The notes: generated by a model not told the origin, from the sequence alone. A DNA stretch of 64,000 nucleotides from Azolla caroliniana (GCA_043228905.1 JBHGNT010000012.1:8370001-8434000), one strand, 5' to 3'. Positions 24,679 through 37,860 are shown, counted from the first letter of the stretch. Numbers and translations: made by a program.

Positions 24679-27479
24679 AGTACTTCGAATTCTCTGTTTT
24701 CAATTGATCCTGTTGATGGCCCTCTTCATGCAAGCTTACAAGCGGACGATTCTTCGTCGATAGATAACACTAGCATTACTAAACCTCTAGCATTTAAAAG
24801 AGTTCCTTGACAAGTTAGTGAAAAGAGATTTAATTTCTTATGTTCTGATCGTCAACTTCTATGCGACTTGAACAAATCGTGTTGTGCGAATCTCTGTCTA
24901 TCAATTTATGGAAAGTCAAGGTTACGTGAAACACGACAAAAATACTTGTCGCTTAATGGGGAAGAGCAAGATACATTTCTTCTTGCGCATATGCAACTTA
25001 AATTGGATCACAAAGCAGGGCCTAATTCAACGCAAGTTGAATATTTCCTTGGACCATATACCAAGTGTTGTCGAGCAGCTTTTAAAATCACTCATAGCAT
25101 TGGAAATATGTGGCTGCAACGAGTTCAAGAGCGACTTGTGAAGGGCTCCTGGGTACAGTTCGATCAAAATGGTTCTGGATGTAAGGGTCAAATTGGGCAA
25201 CAGGCAATTAGGTGGATGGAGGTATATTTTTCAAAACAGTGCGAAGTTATGCCAACGACGGGAAGACTTCATTTGTCAGATAACTTTACTCGAAGGGAAG
25301 TTTACCAATCATACAAGGACGACATGTCTTCCGATGTTGAGCCTTACATACAGTACAGGCATTTTAATCGACTATGGAGGTTACAAATTAATAATGTGGT
25401 TATCCCACGAAAGGTGCAAATGGGAGTCTGCTCAATATGTGCGAGTTTAAAAAGTATGGCCAAGGGTGGAAAATCAGATGTAGAGATCAAGAATTACAAG
25501 AACCTGTTAAAAGAACATCGTGAAAGTCAGGCATTGGAACGTACTAAGGCTATGCATCACCGACAAAAAGCGTTTCAATCTCCCGAAAAGTATATGTGCA
25601 TGATTATTGACGGCATGGATCAAAAGAAAACTTGTTTGCCGCATTTTCAAAGACTCCCCAAGGATATTGGAGATGAGTGTCTCGTGCAAATGCATCTAGT
25701 GGGTTGTTTGACATACGGTCAAACTATAAGACCGCAAGTGTTCTTAACTTATCCCAATATCCACAACGACCCTAATCTTACTGTCACTGTCATGCACAGG
25801 GTATTGCAATCATGGTCATGCCTACTCCCGCCAGTTCTATATGTGCAACTAGACAACACAGCAAGAGAGAATAAGAACTCAACTGTCTTCGGCTATCTAA
25901 GCATGCTAGTAGAGAGGGGCATATTTAAAAAGATAAAGGTTAACTTCTTGTTGGTTGGTCATACCCATGATCACATAGATCAATGGTTTCACACTTCCCA
26001 CGCTATCCAAATTGATTAGTGAAGCATATACACCAAAGCCTGAAGTACAACACTTGGAAGAAGTATACGACTTTAAACGTTTCTGCATGGATAGTGACGG
26101 GACTAAAGGTAGGGTGCTTGCACCTCTTAATAATATAAGTTTCAACCATGTCTTCCTCATAAAACAAAGATCGGCCCACCTGAAGATGACGGTGTTGTTT
26201 GCGAAACAATACTCATCTAGTGCACAATGGGAGCCCCAAGAAGGTTGTAGGCTCCTTCTTCATATCCCAAATGAACCTCTACATGGTGCACAACAAATGC
26301 CATATGATGATCGTAAAAATGTAGCACCAAATAGTACTATTGATGAACAAAGGGCATATTGCTTGAGATGTCTAGCAGAGAAACAAAATAATATTGATCG
26401 GACTAAGAAGTATGCCGGTGATGAGGATGTTGAATGGTGGGAGATTTTCTTCACCCATCAACGCACCATTTTAGATAATTACATCGCCGGTTTATGGCCA
26501 ATCCGTATCCCATTCACATGGAACATTGGGATGACATCAACGATATCGCAGACTCATCACCAACAATCGAATAATATGGAGCTTCATGATTTAGTTCGGC
26601 CACTACAAAGAGATATTTATGTGGGACCAAGAAAGTCACGTACTGTTGAGGCAAGATGGCAAGGTAATTTGCGAGAACTACAAGTGGGAATGTTGGTTGC
26701 AACATTAGCAGGGGACGATACCTTGGGCCATCCATTTTGGATTGCAAAAATTATTGAATTAGTAAGGGATGAAGAAAGTCGTCAGACAAAGTCAATAGTA
26801 GTCCATTGGTATCAGACAAATTCAACTGATGCATTTACAGGAAAGTATTCTTTAGAGATGGTTAAGGATGTCAGATGTTCAAGCAGAAAGAGAAGAAGAA
26901 AGAATATACCGAGCACGGCTACTCTCGCACTAGACCGTGTTGACATACTAGTATATGACTTCTCATTGACAAAATCAGGTCATCTACGACAAGCAACTAT
27001 CAAGATAATAAAGGAGAAAATCCCAAACATGGTGTCAAACGAAATACAAAGAATAACCAGAAGCAATTCTCATAACCACAAAGATGTTGGGTTGGAATTG
27101 GATGAGGATAATGCTTTGATTGCCACTGATGATGAGGATGAGATGTCAGAATGCTCTTCTAGTCCATCAGACATGTCTTAATATATTGGTTTGGTTCAAG
27201 CTGGGGATTGTTTTACTACATGATCGGAAACTTTGTAAATTTGTTTTGGATGTAAACTCACAAATATGTATAATTGTAACTGGTAGACATGTTGTACATT
27301 ATTTTGTAATTTTGGTGATGTATTTTTGGAGGCATTTTACTTATGACTCAAAGTGGTAGTCATGTTGAAATTCAATATATTTTGCCACCTTTTCTGAAAA
27401 GCTTTACGCATGCGTCGTGTCTTTTTGAAAACTGCGTGCTTTTGTGCCCTTTTTCGACATAGTGTTCTCATAATGCGAA

Positions 27480-27508
27480 ATATTACCTGTTTCAAATGAC
27501 CCGGTGTT
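27480..27508 (-). repeat. Right terminal inverted repeat
   Basis: ATATTACCTGTTTCAAATGACCCGGTGTT. Confidence 0.95.
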
Positions 27509-27832
27509 TCTCTCCCCCCCATCTCCCTCTCCTTTATAGCTCAAGGAGGGAGGCCCTTTCACCTGTTTACATCACATTAATTCTTTGTCCTTTCGGACAG
27601 AGATACTCCTCGATTTCCCTTATAGAATACTGCTACCTAGGATCTAACCTTTGTGCCTACCTATCTACCATACGACAAGGGACGTGCCCACGTGTAAGGG
27701 CTGGTTCACACACATAACACACGGTTTGCGCCTGGGGACAGTTTTCTTCACGACATCCGCCCCCACCTAACCGCGCATCAACCGGTATGCGCCAAAATTG
27801 GGTTCCTACTTGGAGAAAACCGGTCCTTGCTT

Positions 27833-30800
27833 TTATTCCTCGTTAACCAGTTCGTCCTCCGCCTCGGGCTGCTCGTCGTTGCTGTCCGTGCCTCCTAGCT
27901 CCGGCTCACTGTCGTGTCGTTTCTTGAATGCTTTGATCCTCATCCCCGCTACCGGTATCGCCATTCTCGTACCGTCGAGCTCCGCAAGATGGTACGTCCC
28001 ATTGACGTTGGCGCCTGTTACTACGTAAGGCCCGAACCACCTCCTCGCAAACTTCCGCGTGGCCCTGTGCTGATTGTCGAGACTGCTGTCGTAGACTAGC
28101 ACCCAGTCGCCTTCCTCGATCTTCCTTGGCCGGAGCCGGTGTGTTCGGTCTAACCGGGCTTTGTTCCTTATCCTCGCTACTCGAAGTTTCTCCGTGGCCC
28201 ATTCTACGTCCTCTGGCCTCCACTCAAGCTGTCAAATACGTGCTGCCAACAGTTCCTCCCGGCTCATCTCGTCCCTCCAGTCCACCGTGGCCCACGAGGA
28301 GATCGTTCGCTCTATTGGCATGATCGGCTTCTGTCCGAACATCAGCTCGGCCGGCATGAACCCGGTTACCGAACTGTGCGTAGTCCGGTCCGCCCACAAG
28401 GCATAAGGTAGCAGTTGTGGCCAGTCCCCGACTCGGCCTCCGCACGCCCGTACTAGCGCTTTGACAATTGGCCCGTGTCCGCGCTCCACCTTCCCGTTCG
28501 CCTCCGGATTGTACGCTGTGGTGGGCGAAAGTTTGACTCCTAGCCGGTCGAACAGCTCTTCGGCCTCTTCTGCGTCCAACTCACCACGGTCAGCCACGAT
28601 CTTCCCTACGCATCCGTATCGGCATACTACGTCCTCAATCAAAAACCCGCACACGGTTGTCGTCGTCTTGTTCTGCAGAGCTCGGCCTTCAACCTAGTTC
28701 GTTAGATCTTCCCGAGCCAGCACCAGATACCGCATCTGTCCTACCCCCATTGGCATCGTCACCAAATCCACCATCCACTTGAAGTGGATGGTCGGAGGGT
28801 AGGTCGGGTGAAGCTCGTCCCGATGTCGGATCATGGAGTGCACCTGACAGCTTTCGCAAGTCGTCACGAACCGATGCACGTCCCGGTATAGTCCCGGCCA
28901 CCAGTACTTCCCCTTTAGCTTTTCGAACGTGGCCCACGTTCCACAGTGTCCAGCCCACGGGCTATCGTGGTACGCCGCCAACAAATCATCCTGTTCCTCC
29001 TTCGCCACCACTCGGAGCGGGACGCCGTTCCTCTTCTTCGGGTGCTTCCATATGTATCCGTCCCGGAGAAGGAATCGGTAGGCTTTCTTCCGAATCCGGT
29101 TGGCCTCGTCCTTTGTCCATGCCGCGTCCGGTGTCATTGTTTTCAAGAACCCGCCGATCTATAGCCACTCCCCATTGTACTTGCTCTCGTGGAAATCGTT
29201 AAGCGTTGGAGTGCATTCCCTGCCGGTTGTTACGTAGGCCGCCTTGAAGAAGTCCACGCCGACTTCCTCGTCCACCGAAACCATGCCGCCCTCGTTTTCG
29301 AACCTCGCCCTTGAAAGCATGTCGGCCATGGTATTGTCTTTCCCGGAAATGTGTCGTACTTCCGGATTCAGGGACTTGATGTACGCTATCCACCTGAGCA
29401 TTGCCAAGTCCGGCGTCGCGCATCTGGAAACCATGCCAAGAATTGGCAGGCAATCCGTCTCGATAACTACCTCTGTCCCGATTAGGTAGTCTTTATCGGC
29501 CTTTACCGCCGAAACGATACCCTAGAGCTCGCGTTTAACCTGGGCGTATCCTCGCTTTCGCTCGCTGAGGACCTTTGCGCCGAACCGGATCGGGAAACGC
29601 ATGCCGTCCTCGCCCTCTTGGTTGACGACCCATCCGATCCCGGTCGGACTCGTGTCCACCGTTACGTAAATTGGAGTGTCCTTTCCGTAGACAGCCTTCC
29701 GGAGCGCCGGAGCTACGACAAGTGCTTCCTTCATCTTTCGGACAGACTCCGTATGCTCGTCTCTCCACTCGAATCTTCGCCCCTTTCTCAACAACCTGTT
29801 GTCGTGATGTGGCATGTCTAGTGCGAGAAAAAATCAAAAATTGAGGATCCACACACATTTCATGAATACTTGTAAAAATGAAAATAAATAAACCTAGGTC
29901 ACAATGGCATTGAGTGCATGTAGAGGGTTGCAAGTAGGATTTGAACCTTGCACCTCTAAGATAAGAGGCAATTACCTTACCACTAAAGCTACTACTAAGT
30001 GCTGTAGATGTTCTATATTTCTTTCTCATATTCAGTATTCCGTAGGAAACAAATGAACAAAACCGTGTACACAAAACCACGGTTTTAAGCCCATGGTTTC
30101 CTGCATGTCTCAAAGCAAAACTGTGTGCATAGAAACCATGGCTCCAAGCCCATGGTTTTGTGCATGGACAAACCTATAAAACCCCTAGTACGGCTTGTGT
30201 AAGGGGGGGGGCTCAATATGATATGACCATCATCATCACCATCAATAATATAAGCTTCCATTTCTTCTTCTTCGCATCTATCTTGTAATTATTTATCTAC
30301 TTCTCAAAGTGTACAATCTTCAATCTTCTCAAGTGTAATAGGTCTTCCTCCAATCTTACATTCACATTGTCCTCTTCTCAATACCTTGACGGACATCCTC
30401 CTTGGTCCAAGACCCCGGTGGTCCCGCTCAAGCGAAGCACGCTCGCACGCGCATCTTCGTGACACCGTATAACGGCTCCGCGACGTGAGCGTAATGCGGG
30501 ATCCATATGTGGTAGAACGTGCACGCTCCCAAGAACCTCCGAACCTCCGTGACCGAGCTGCAGTCGTTCTTCATCACAGCGATGGCTTCTACCTTAGCCA
30601 GAGACGGTTTCCGGCCGTATGGCCCGCATAGGTGTCCGACGACCATGATCTCTGATTGCCCGAAGGCCGACTTTCCCCTGGAGAAGGTGAGCCTCGCTCC
30701 CTCCAACCTCTACAGCACCTTCTCCCAATCGTCGATGTGCGTCGCCACGAATTTCCGGCATCCGTCCGCTCCGATCGTCTCGTCCCTTTCCTCCACCAGG

Positions 30801-32893
30801 CATCCCTTGATCGGGACGTCGTCCAAAAACGGCATGGTGATGTCCGGGATACAATCCCTCAGCACTTTGTTCATTGCGTTCACCATGTGAGCCACCGAGT
30901 TCGTCCCTCCTTGCGGCAGGGTACACATCTGTACTAGGCCGAGAGGAGTTCGCATTGTCGTGATGTCTCTGCTCTCTACGGCAAGCTGGAACTGATCGTA
31001 CCCCGAGTAGAGATCACCGACCGAGTAAATCGACCTTCCGGCGAAGGCCTCCGCAAACTCGTCTATTGTCAGTCCGATTCCTGCGTTTCGAATGGTCACC
31101 TTGTTGACCGGCTGCAGGTCTTGGATAAAGCGCAGCGTGCCGTCCTTCTTCGGCACGGTAAACCACCGATTCGAGTATGGGGCACTCGACGGTTCGAGGA
31201 TTCCCATCTCGACCTTCTGCTTTAACAGCTCCATCAACTTCGGGATGTGAGCTCTGGGTACTAGAATCGGTTTGAGACTCCACGGCCAATGCGGTATCGT
31301 GAATATCACCATCGGTTCCACGACTGTCGGGTCTACGCACCCGATCTCCTCCGGTGAGAATGCGAAAGCCTTCCGGTGCCTTCCGAGCATTCCCTGAAAA
31401 CGGTCCTCTTCCGCCAGCAGTAGGAAGCCGCCCCCACCGATTTTGAGCTCGCGCAGCGTTATGTCGGTGAACGTGTGTCCACCAACGCCACCACTGGTTC
31501 AAGAACATCTCCGATCTTCACGGGGGTCTCCATAGTCGCTCTGGCCCAGTGCGGCCTCGAATAGTGGCTCTCCGCCAACTCGTCTTCCAGCGCCATGTCC
31601 TCTATGTGCGTCGTCCGCACCTCCACCGGCTTCTCCGGTTCTGTCTCCGTCGACAGCCTCCTCCTCTTCACCAAGTCTACGATGGAGTCGTGGAACTCCT
31701 TCTTGGCGATCCCAAGCACTTCCCTCAGCGACAGTTCCACCTTACTGTCGAGGATTCGTTCTTCCAGGACCTTTCGCAGGTCCGTGGATCTTTCAATTTC
31801 TGTGCCCAACCGGTACCCGCCCTTCTTGGGATTATCCTGGGCGCCGAGTACACCGGCCTCATTCCGCCTTTGCCCGAATCGAGTTTCATATAGTTGCGAG
31901 GGCCCGGCCCCTCTGGTTTTCCCTACCCGCTTGTCCTCTACCAGAGCCTCGTAGTTTTGACTAGCAGCTTCGACGAAGCCCGTCTTTTCTTCCACCGGGT
32001 CACTCCACCCGATTACCTGCCGGACCCATTTTTCCGCGCGGTCCACCTCTTCTTTCCTCAGCCGCGCGCCGTCGAGGCCTTCCAGCATCGTCGGCCAGAA
32101 CCCGACTTTGTTCTTCTTCGGGGCCTCGCCACCTCCGACCCGAATACTAGCTGACGCCGAGTAGTGGACGGTCTCCGCGTGACGAGCCACCGCCTCCTCC
32201 ATAAGCCTTTTCATGCCCCCTCGCCCGACGTTCAGGTTCAGGGCCCTTCGGGTCTCGCTGGCGTGCCCCTGTCGATCCTTTGTCAACCCATTCCCGCCGT
32301 TTGTCGAAACGGCCACAGACCCTTTTCACCACGGCCCAGTCGGCCGTCAGCCTGTCATCAGTCTCCAATAGGAGGCCTACCTGCTCCCGATCCCGCTCAT
32401 CAACCGACTTAACAAACAATAGGACACGGCTTGTGTCCAGAACGGTCCGGTCAAGCACCGAGAGGCGCGCGAAGCGTTCCTCAAACTCCCGAAGGAGCAC
32501 TGACGAGTTCCTTCCTTTATCGGGGGTCTCCACCCACTCCATGAAGTCCTGCTTCGAAAGTCGAAGCGCATCTTCAAGCCCGTATCTTTAGAGGAGCCGA
32601 CCTTCGAACTCCTCCCAGGTCCGGCTCTCGGCCCGTACCCCGAGCACATCCGTATGGATACCCGGCATCGCCACTCGAGGGAACCTGGCTAAACGCCTCT
32701 CTTCCAGAATGTCCCTCATTACCATCTCAGCCTGGTAGGACGCCAAGTAGCTCGTGGCATCCTTTCCACTAAACCGGCCGATCGTACCAACAACCACCTC
32801 GATAGCCCTATCAAGGGCGCCAGTGCCTTCGCGCGCACTCACTATACGGTCTACAGCCGAAGCCATGGCTTCTGCAAGGTCTGACCCCCTCAT
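27833..32893 (-). pseudogene. Gypsy E gag-pol (stops, protease largely deleted)
   Basis: RT SAPYSNRWF..DLYSGYDQ..PFLDDVPIKG; RH VDTSPTGIG; INT zinc finger HDSPWAGHC..CESC; ADRGE; YNPEANGKVE; WFGPY. Confidence 0.9.
29800..30464 (+). mobile_element. Solo LTR (E-related family) inserted in Gypsy E RT/RH
   Basis: TGTCGTG..GTGACA; TSD CTGT / CCGT; removal restores EPLYGLLRKG. Confidence 0.85.
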
Positions 32894-32914
32894 CTTCTAC
32901 TCCTCTACCGCCTG

Positions 32915-32932
32915 TTCACGTCGGGTTCACCA
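32915..32932 (-). promoter_or_regulatory. tRNA-Trp primer binding site
   Basis: TGGTGAACCCGACGTGAA is complementary to the plant tRNA-Trp 3' end (..TTCACGTCGGGTTCACCA, recalled from memory). Confidence 0.85.
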
Positions 32933-33618
32933 AATATGTCGCGTTGTTACACGCGTGCGTGGAGAACAAGGTGGGACCACTGGGGTCTTGGACCGAGGAA
33001 TAGGTGAGAAGAGGGAGAGAGAGAGAGAGAGAGAGAGAGACGCTCACACACGGATAGACAGAGAAGTGCACGGGGACGTGGCCCAACAACACAGGAGACA
33101 CGAGTTGAGAACACTAGTGTATGTATATAAATGTATGCAGATCACTCGAACGGTTACAGCCAACCAGGTCGGCGAGGTGGATGCCGACACCTGATCACCC
33201 ACGCACACAGGAGAGCAAGATGGAGATCCTGTCGGAAGCACAAGGGCGTTCCACGGAGCAGGATCCGCCTCCTGAGAACCTGCACCAAAGAAACCTATGG
33301 AGAACGACAGAGAAGAAGAGCTCCCCCCAGTCCGACAGCACTTCGTTCCTTTTTGCGCGCGATCCCCTCTCTCCCCCCCGTCTCCCTCTCCTTTATAGCT
33401 CAAGGAGGGAGGCCGTTTCACCTGTTTACAGCACATTAATTCTCTGTCCTTTCGGACAGAGATACTCCTCGATTTCCCTTATAGAATATTGCTACCTAGG
33501 ATCTAACCTTTGTGCCTACCTATCTACCATACGACAAGGGACGTGCCCACGTGTAAGGGCTGGTTCACACACATAACACACGGTTTGCGCCTGGGGACGG
33601 TTTTCTTCACGACAACGT

Positions 33619-36600
33619 GAAACGTAAATTTCCGCCCCAGTAGATAATGTCGGAATTTATTGATGTTATATATCATCCCCAACGCTTCTCGTTCCATTGT
33701 GGAGTAGTTACGCTCCACCTTTGATAGCTTCCTACTGGAGTAATATACTAGTATGTACCAGTTCGGTGCTGTGAGCTACATCAACGCACTACCTATTGCT
33801 ATGTCCAAGGAGTCTACAAAAAAGTGAAATGGTTTCCCCCAATCTGGTGGTTGTACGATTGGTGCTTGAGTCAGCATTATTTTAAGCGCATCGTACGCCT
33901 TTTCTTCAGTTGTCGTCCAGTTGAAAGGTGGACGGTGGACGGCGGCATGTAACGGTGTGGCAAAATCCGCTAGATATCGTAACCTATCACTATGCCAGCG
34001 TATTTGTCCTAGAAAACGGTTGAGTGCTTTGGCCGTTGTCGGCGTTTTTGCTTGAATGATCACGTAAATTTTATTAGGATCCACCGCTATCCCCTCCTTG
34101 CTGACGATGTGGCCGAGGAGGGCTCTGCTTGTGACGTCGAACGCGCATTTGGTTGGATTCATGCTTAAGTGTGCAGCCTGGCAGGGCTCCAAACACAGTT
34201 GTAAATGACTCAGATGGTCGGCTGTTGTCCCATACACCGCGAAATCTTCCACAAAAACTTGCATGAAGGCGGGTATGTAATCCCCAAAAATTTCTGTAAT
34301 TGTCCGTTGGAATGTAGCAAGCGTCGTCTTTAACTCGAACATCATGACTACCGCAACATAAACTCCCCAGTCGGTGACAAACACCGTCTTCTCTTGGTCA
34401 TCAGGATGCATGCGTACTTGATTGTATCCACTAAAGCCATCTAGAAAACTGTACATGTCATGCCCTGCGACTACGTCCAATACGTTGTCGGTGAAAGGTA
34501 AGGGAAACGCATTTGTAATAATTACGGCGTTCAATTTCCAATAGTCTACGCAAACGCGGATTTTTCCATTTTTCTTTGGAACTACGACTATCGAGCTCAG
34601 CCACGTAGCTTGCTTGACTAGTCGAATGAATCCAGCGTTGAGAAGTTTATCAATTTCTTCTTTTATGCGAGCTGCGTAATTCGGATCCATTCAGTATCGA
34701 CACTGCTAAACAAGTTTCGCGTCGATAGCCAAATTGATCTTATGCTGGTAGAATTTTGGATCTAATCCCGTCATGTCTTCTTGGAACCACACGAACACAT
34801 CTTTATATTCCTTGAGCAGAGCTAATATCGCCTCGTTCTGATCTGGTAGTAAGTATTTTGCGATGGAGAGTAATCGGGGATCCGCTGTCGTTCCTACGTT
34901 AACTTCTTCCAATGTTGAGGCAGTGACTCGTCGTGAAATTTCCATTTCTTTCTCGAACGTGACCCGTGCTCGGTTTAATTCCAGTATCGACTCTGGGTCC
35001 GGTTCATAAGCCTTTTCGTGAAGTGTAGTGGGAGTAGCGTACTCTACCACGGTTTCCATTACGTGAATTTCGAATAGCGGGATGATCGCGGGTGCTCATC
35101 CAGGTACGCTTCTAGCTCTGTATCATCCACTCCTTCGAGCATATTTATGTCTTCCGCGTACAATGGTTTCATTGCTTTGGGTTGCGCTGTCATTTCTTCT
35201 GTGGGTACGTGAACTTTGTTGTGTCCTCGTCGGAAACTGATACAATTATGTTGCTAGCTCTATTTGATGTTCGTCGAACGAATTCAAGGTCTGCCAAGTA
35301 GTATTGGGTACACTCCCAAAGCGTCGAGTGCGAGTACTACCACCGAGATGTCAAAGCGGTGACTGACAATGACGATGCATAGTTTCCGGATTAACCCTAA
35401 GGGCCTGACAGATCAGGTATCCACCATGCGAAGCCAAAAGGGGCAAGCTTCCCATTCTAAAATTCCTAACTATTCACACGTCTTTGCACTAATCACATTA
35501 ATGCCCGAGCCCCCGTCGATTATACAGCCTGTTATTTCTTGCCCGTGTAGTACTAGCTTAATGGTTGGATTGTGGTGATCCATCACTATTGGTCCAGCGC
35601 TAGTTTCGGCAAAATTTGCTGAGACGTTTATACCAGGCCTGCCTATTATGCGATCTTCTACGGCCTGCCAAAATCGTGGAACTAGTTGAAGGAGTTTTTC
35701 CATATTCATGGTTATTTCGCAGCCTGCCAGTGCTTGCCATATGGGATCTGGAGATATTATGTTTTCTTCTATTGGCCCAACATTGGTTGTGGACTCCTGC
35801 CGCATACGCGTCGTATTTGCCGCATTTTCTTTTTCTACCCATGCTTGGGCCGCTTTGCGTACCTCATCTTATGCAGCCCAGTCAACATTCTTTGTTTGTT
35901 GTCGTGTCGTAACCTGTTGAACTCCCGCCATAATCGTATTTACCGTTGGTCCTTTGCCCTTGCGTAGTGGACATTGAGTTGCGTAGTGTTCGGGCTGTTG
36001 GCAGACAAAACAATGTACGCTGGAGTCTCCTTTCTCTAAAGTTGGTGGCAGACTCCTATCCCAAAGCGTCGCTAGCTCCTCTTGGTCTTGTTGCATTCTC
36101 CTAGAATTCTGGGGTGTTTGCGGTTGGTCCCTGTGTGACTCCTGGAAGTAGTCATCCTCCGAACTTTCTTCGTAACGTCGTTGGTCCCTATACTGTCGAT
36201 GCTTTCCTTGTGAGCGAGGCCCATTGAATCCACCGGTATTCTTCGTCCTCCGACTCCTCTTCATCAGAATCGATGTTATTCCGGCGATTATGGTAGTGTC
36301 GGTCATCGTGTGGTTTTCGATCCGTATATCGGGGTCGTTCCTCTTGGCACCTTGGATCATTTCGGCAAGGTGGTCGTTGTGGTTCTACGCGCTGTACTGT
36401 GGGCGTAGGTCTGTTCAGCATATTGTACTCACACTCCTCGACCGTGTGTGCCTTTGAATGACAAATTGGGCAGTGAATTCGCATATTGCATTCCACAGTG
36501 CAATGCCCGGAATTGAGACAAATCGTGCACTGAATAGCCTGACGAAAGTGGCATTCCTCGTCTTGAGGCAACGCCTGTCGTAATGAGGACAGAGAAATTC

Positions 36601-37130
36601 CTTCTTCCTCTTCGTCCAACTCAAGTTGTAATGCTTGCTCGATGACCATGTCGGTTCTTTCCCCTTTTACACTACGTGTGTTGAGTGTCATCCTAATAGG
36701 CCGCTGCAAGGCTACCAAAAACGTCTCCCTAGCCTCGTCATCTGTTGGGGTCCGTTCTAATTTCCGTCGTAGATTTTGGAAGCATAAGCTAAAGTCTGCA
36801 ACCAATTTTGCTTGTAGCTATTTGATTGTGTAGAACTACCCAATGATTTCGCGTTGAGGTACCCTCCGATGAAAAAATCGCAGAAATGCTGACTGCAACT
36901 GGTTGAAAGTGTGGATTGCTGGTAGATCCATCTGCGAATGCCAAAACGCGGCTCTACCATCCAGAGTTAAACCAAACTCTATCATTTTTTACTGTTGCGC
37001 TTCCTCTTCTGGAAATCATTGCGCCATGTGATTCGCGTTCCAAACATTCAAGAATAGTCGGATGTGGCTTGCGATATCTGTTTCGCCATTAAAACGTGGG
37101 TAGGAGAAGGCCATTCTGGATGTGATGGTG
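33619..37130 (-). pseudogene. Gypsy D gag-protease-RT-RNase H
   Basis: Three CCHC knuckles (CTICLNSGHC, CPICHSKAHT, CFVCQQPEHY); IIDGGSGINV protease; FLDGFSGYNQ RT; EREALGM RH. Confidence 0.9.
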
Positions 37131-37860
37131 GGCAGGGAAAGATCACAGTACTCGTGTGGTGACAGAACTTCCTGCTTGACGTCATGGTATTGGGTGAGAG
37201 TGGAGTCGACTTCGTGGTCCGGACAGATATCACTTAGGCGAGGTTTTTGCCTTGCGCGCTCCTCTATCTGGCGTGTGATGGACCTCGTGAGTGGTCGGAC
37301 TTGTCGGGTCAGTTCTCTGGGCCGTCTACAGCTAGACATCCATCCCTTGTTGTTCTTCTGCGAGAAATCAGAGATCACCAAGCATGCCAAACATGTTACC
37401 GATTAGGAACACTGTCTACGCTCAGTCCTTCGAGGTAGACCTCAAGGTAACCGTGTTACAAGGAATAGAACCTTCGTACCGTAAATCGTAATGGGATACT
37501 CCCTCGTATCCTAGTAGCGTATAAGGGAGACAATTACAACCGAACTCCTTAGGAAGTGCACTAGTATCCGCACTTACGCCTACACCCTTACAATTTACAG
37601 TACGCAACAGAGAAACAAAGAACGCAACAGAGAAAGCCACAGATATGCACAGAGATCAGAGAAGATAGTATTCTATTAGAAAAAACGCTCTATACTCCAG
37701 AATTTCACGCTCCCTCTTATAGAGGATTTCTACCCTTTATATACATAGGGTTTAGCCGTTCATGCTTCCCGCGTGAACCGTTACATTCATTTCTTAACGC
37801 TTTACTATATTATAATATTTCTGCGCTTTTGTCTGTCGGTTACGATTCCGGCGGACAACA

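Larger units (their letters stand above)
19178..27181 (+). pseudogene. Sola/DUF7869-like DDD transposase with C-terminal BAH-like domain (disrupted)
   Basis: ATG 19178 reads in frame across the Copia insertion (19314|24684); in-frame TGA at 24808; motifs IIDGMDQ, QLDNTARENKN, FLLVGHTHDHIDQ; deletion/frameshift at ~25985 leads into ORF 26012-27181. Confidence 0.82.
14883..27508. mobile_element. TIR DNA transposon (Sola-like) carrying a ParB-methyltransferase gene
   Basis: TIRs AACACCGGGTCATTTGAAACAGGTAATAT (14883-14911 / 27480-27508). TSD TCTC (14879-14882 / 27509-27512), confirmed against the uninterrupted sister LTR at 33361-33380. Confidence 0.93.
14431..33614 (-). mobile_element. Ty3/Gypsy element E, tRNA-Trp primed, inserted in Gypsy D RNase H
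   Basis: 5' LTR 32937-33614; 3' LTR 14431-14882 + 27513-27755 (split by DNA transposon); PBS 32915-32932; PPT ~27756-27767; TSD ACGT. Confidence 0.92.
9070..37860 (-). mobile_element. Ty3/Gypsy element D (non-chromovirus) with a long 3' accessory region
   Basis: LTRs 9070-9516 and 37394-37860 (TGTT..AACA); flanks ACCGG / CCCGG; inserted in Copia A RT. Confidence 0.9.
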
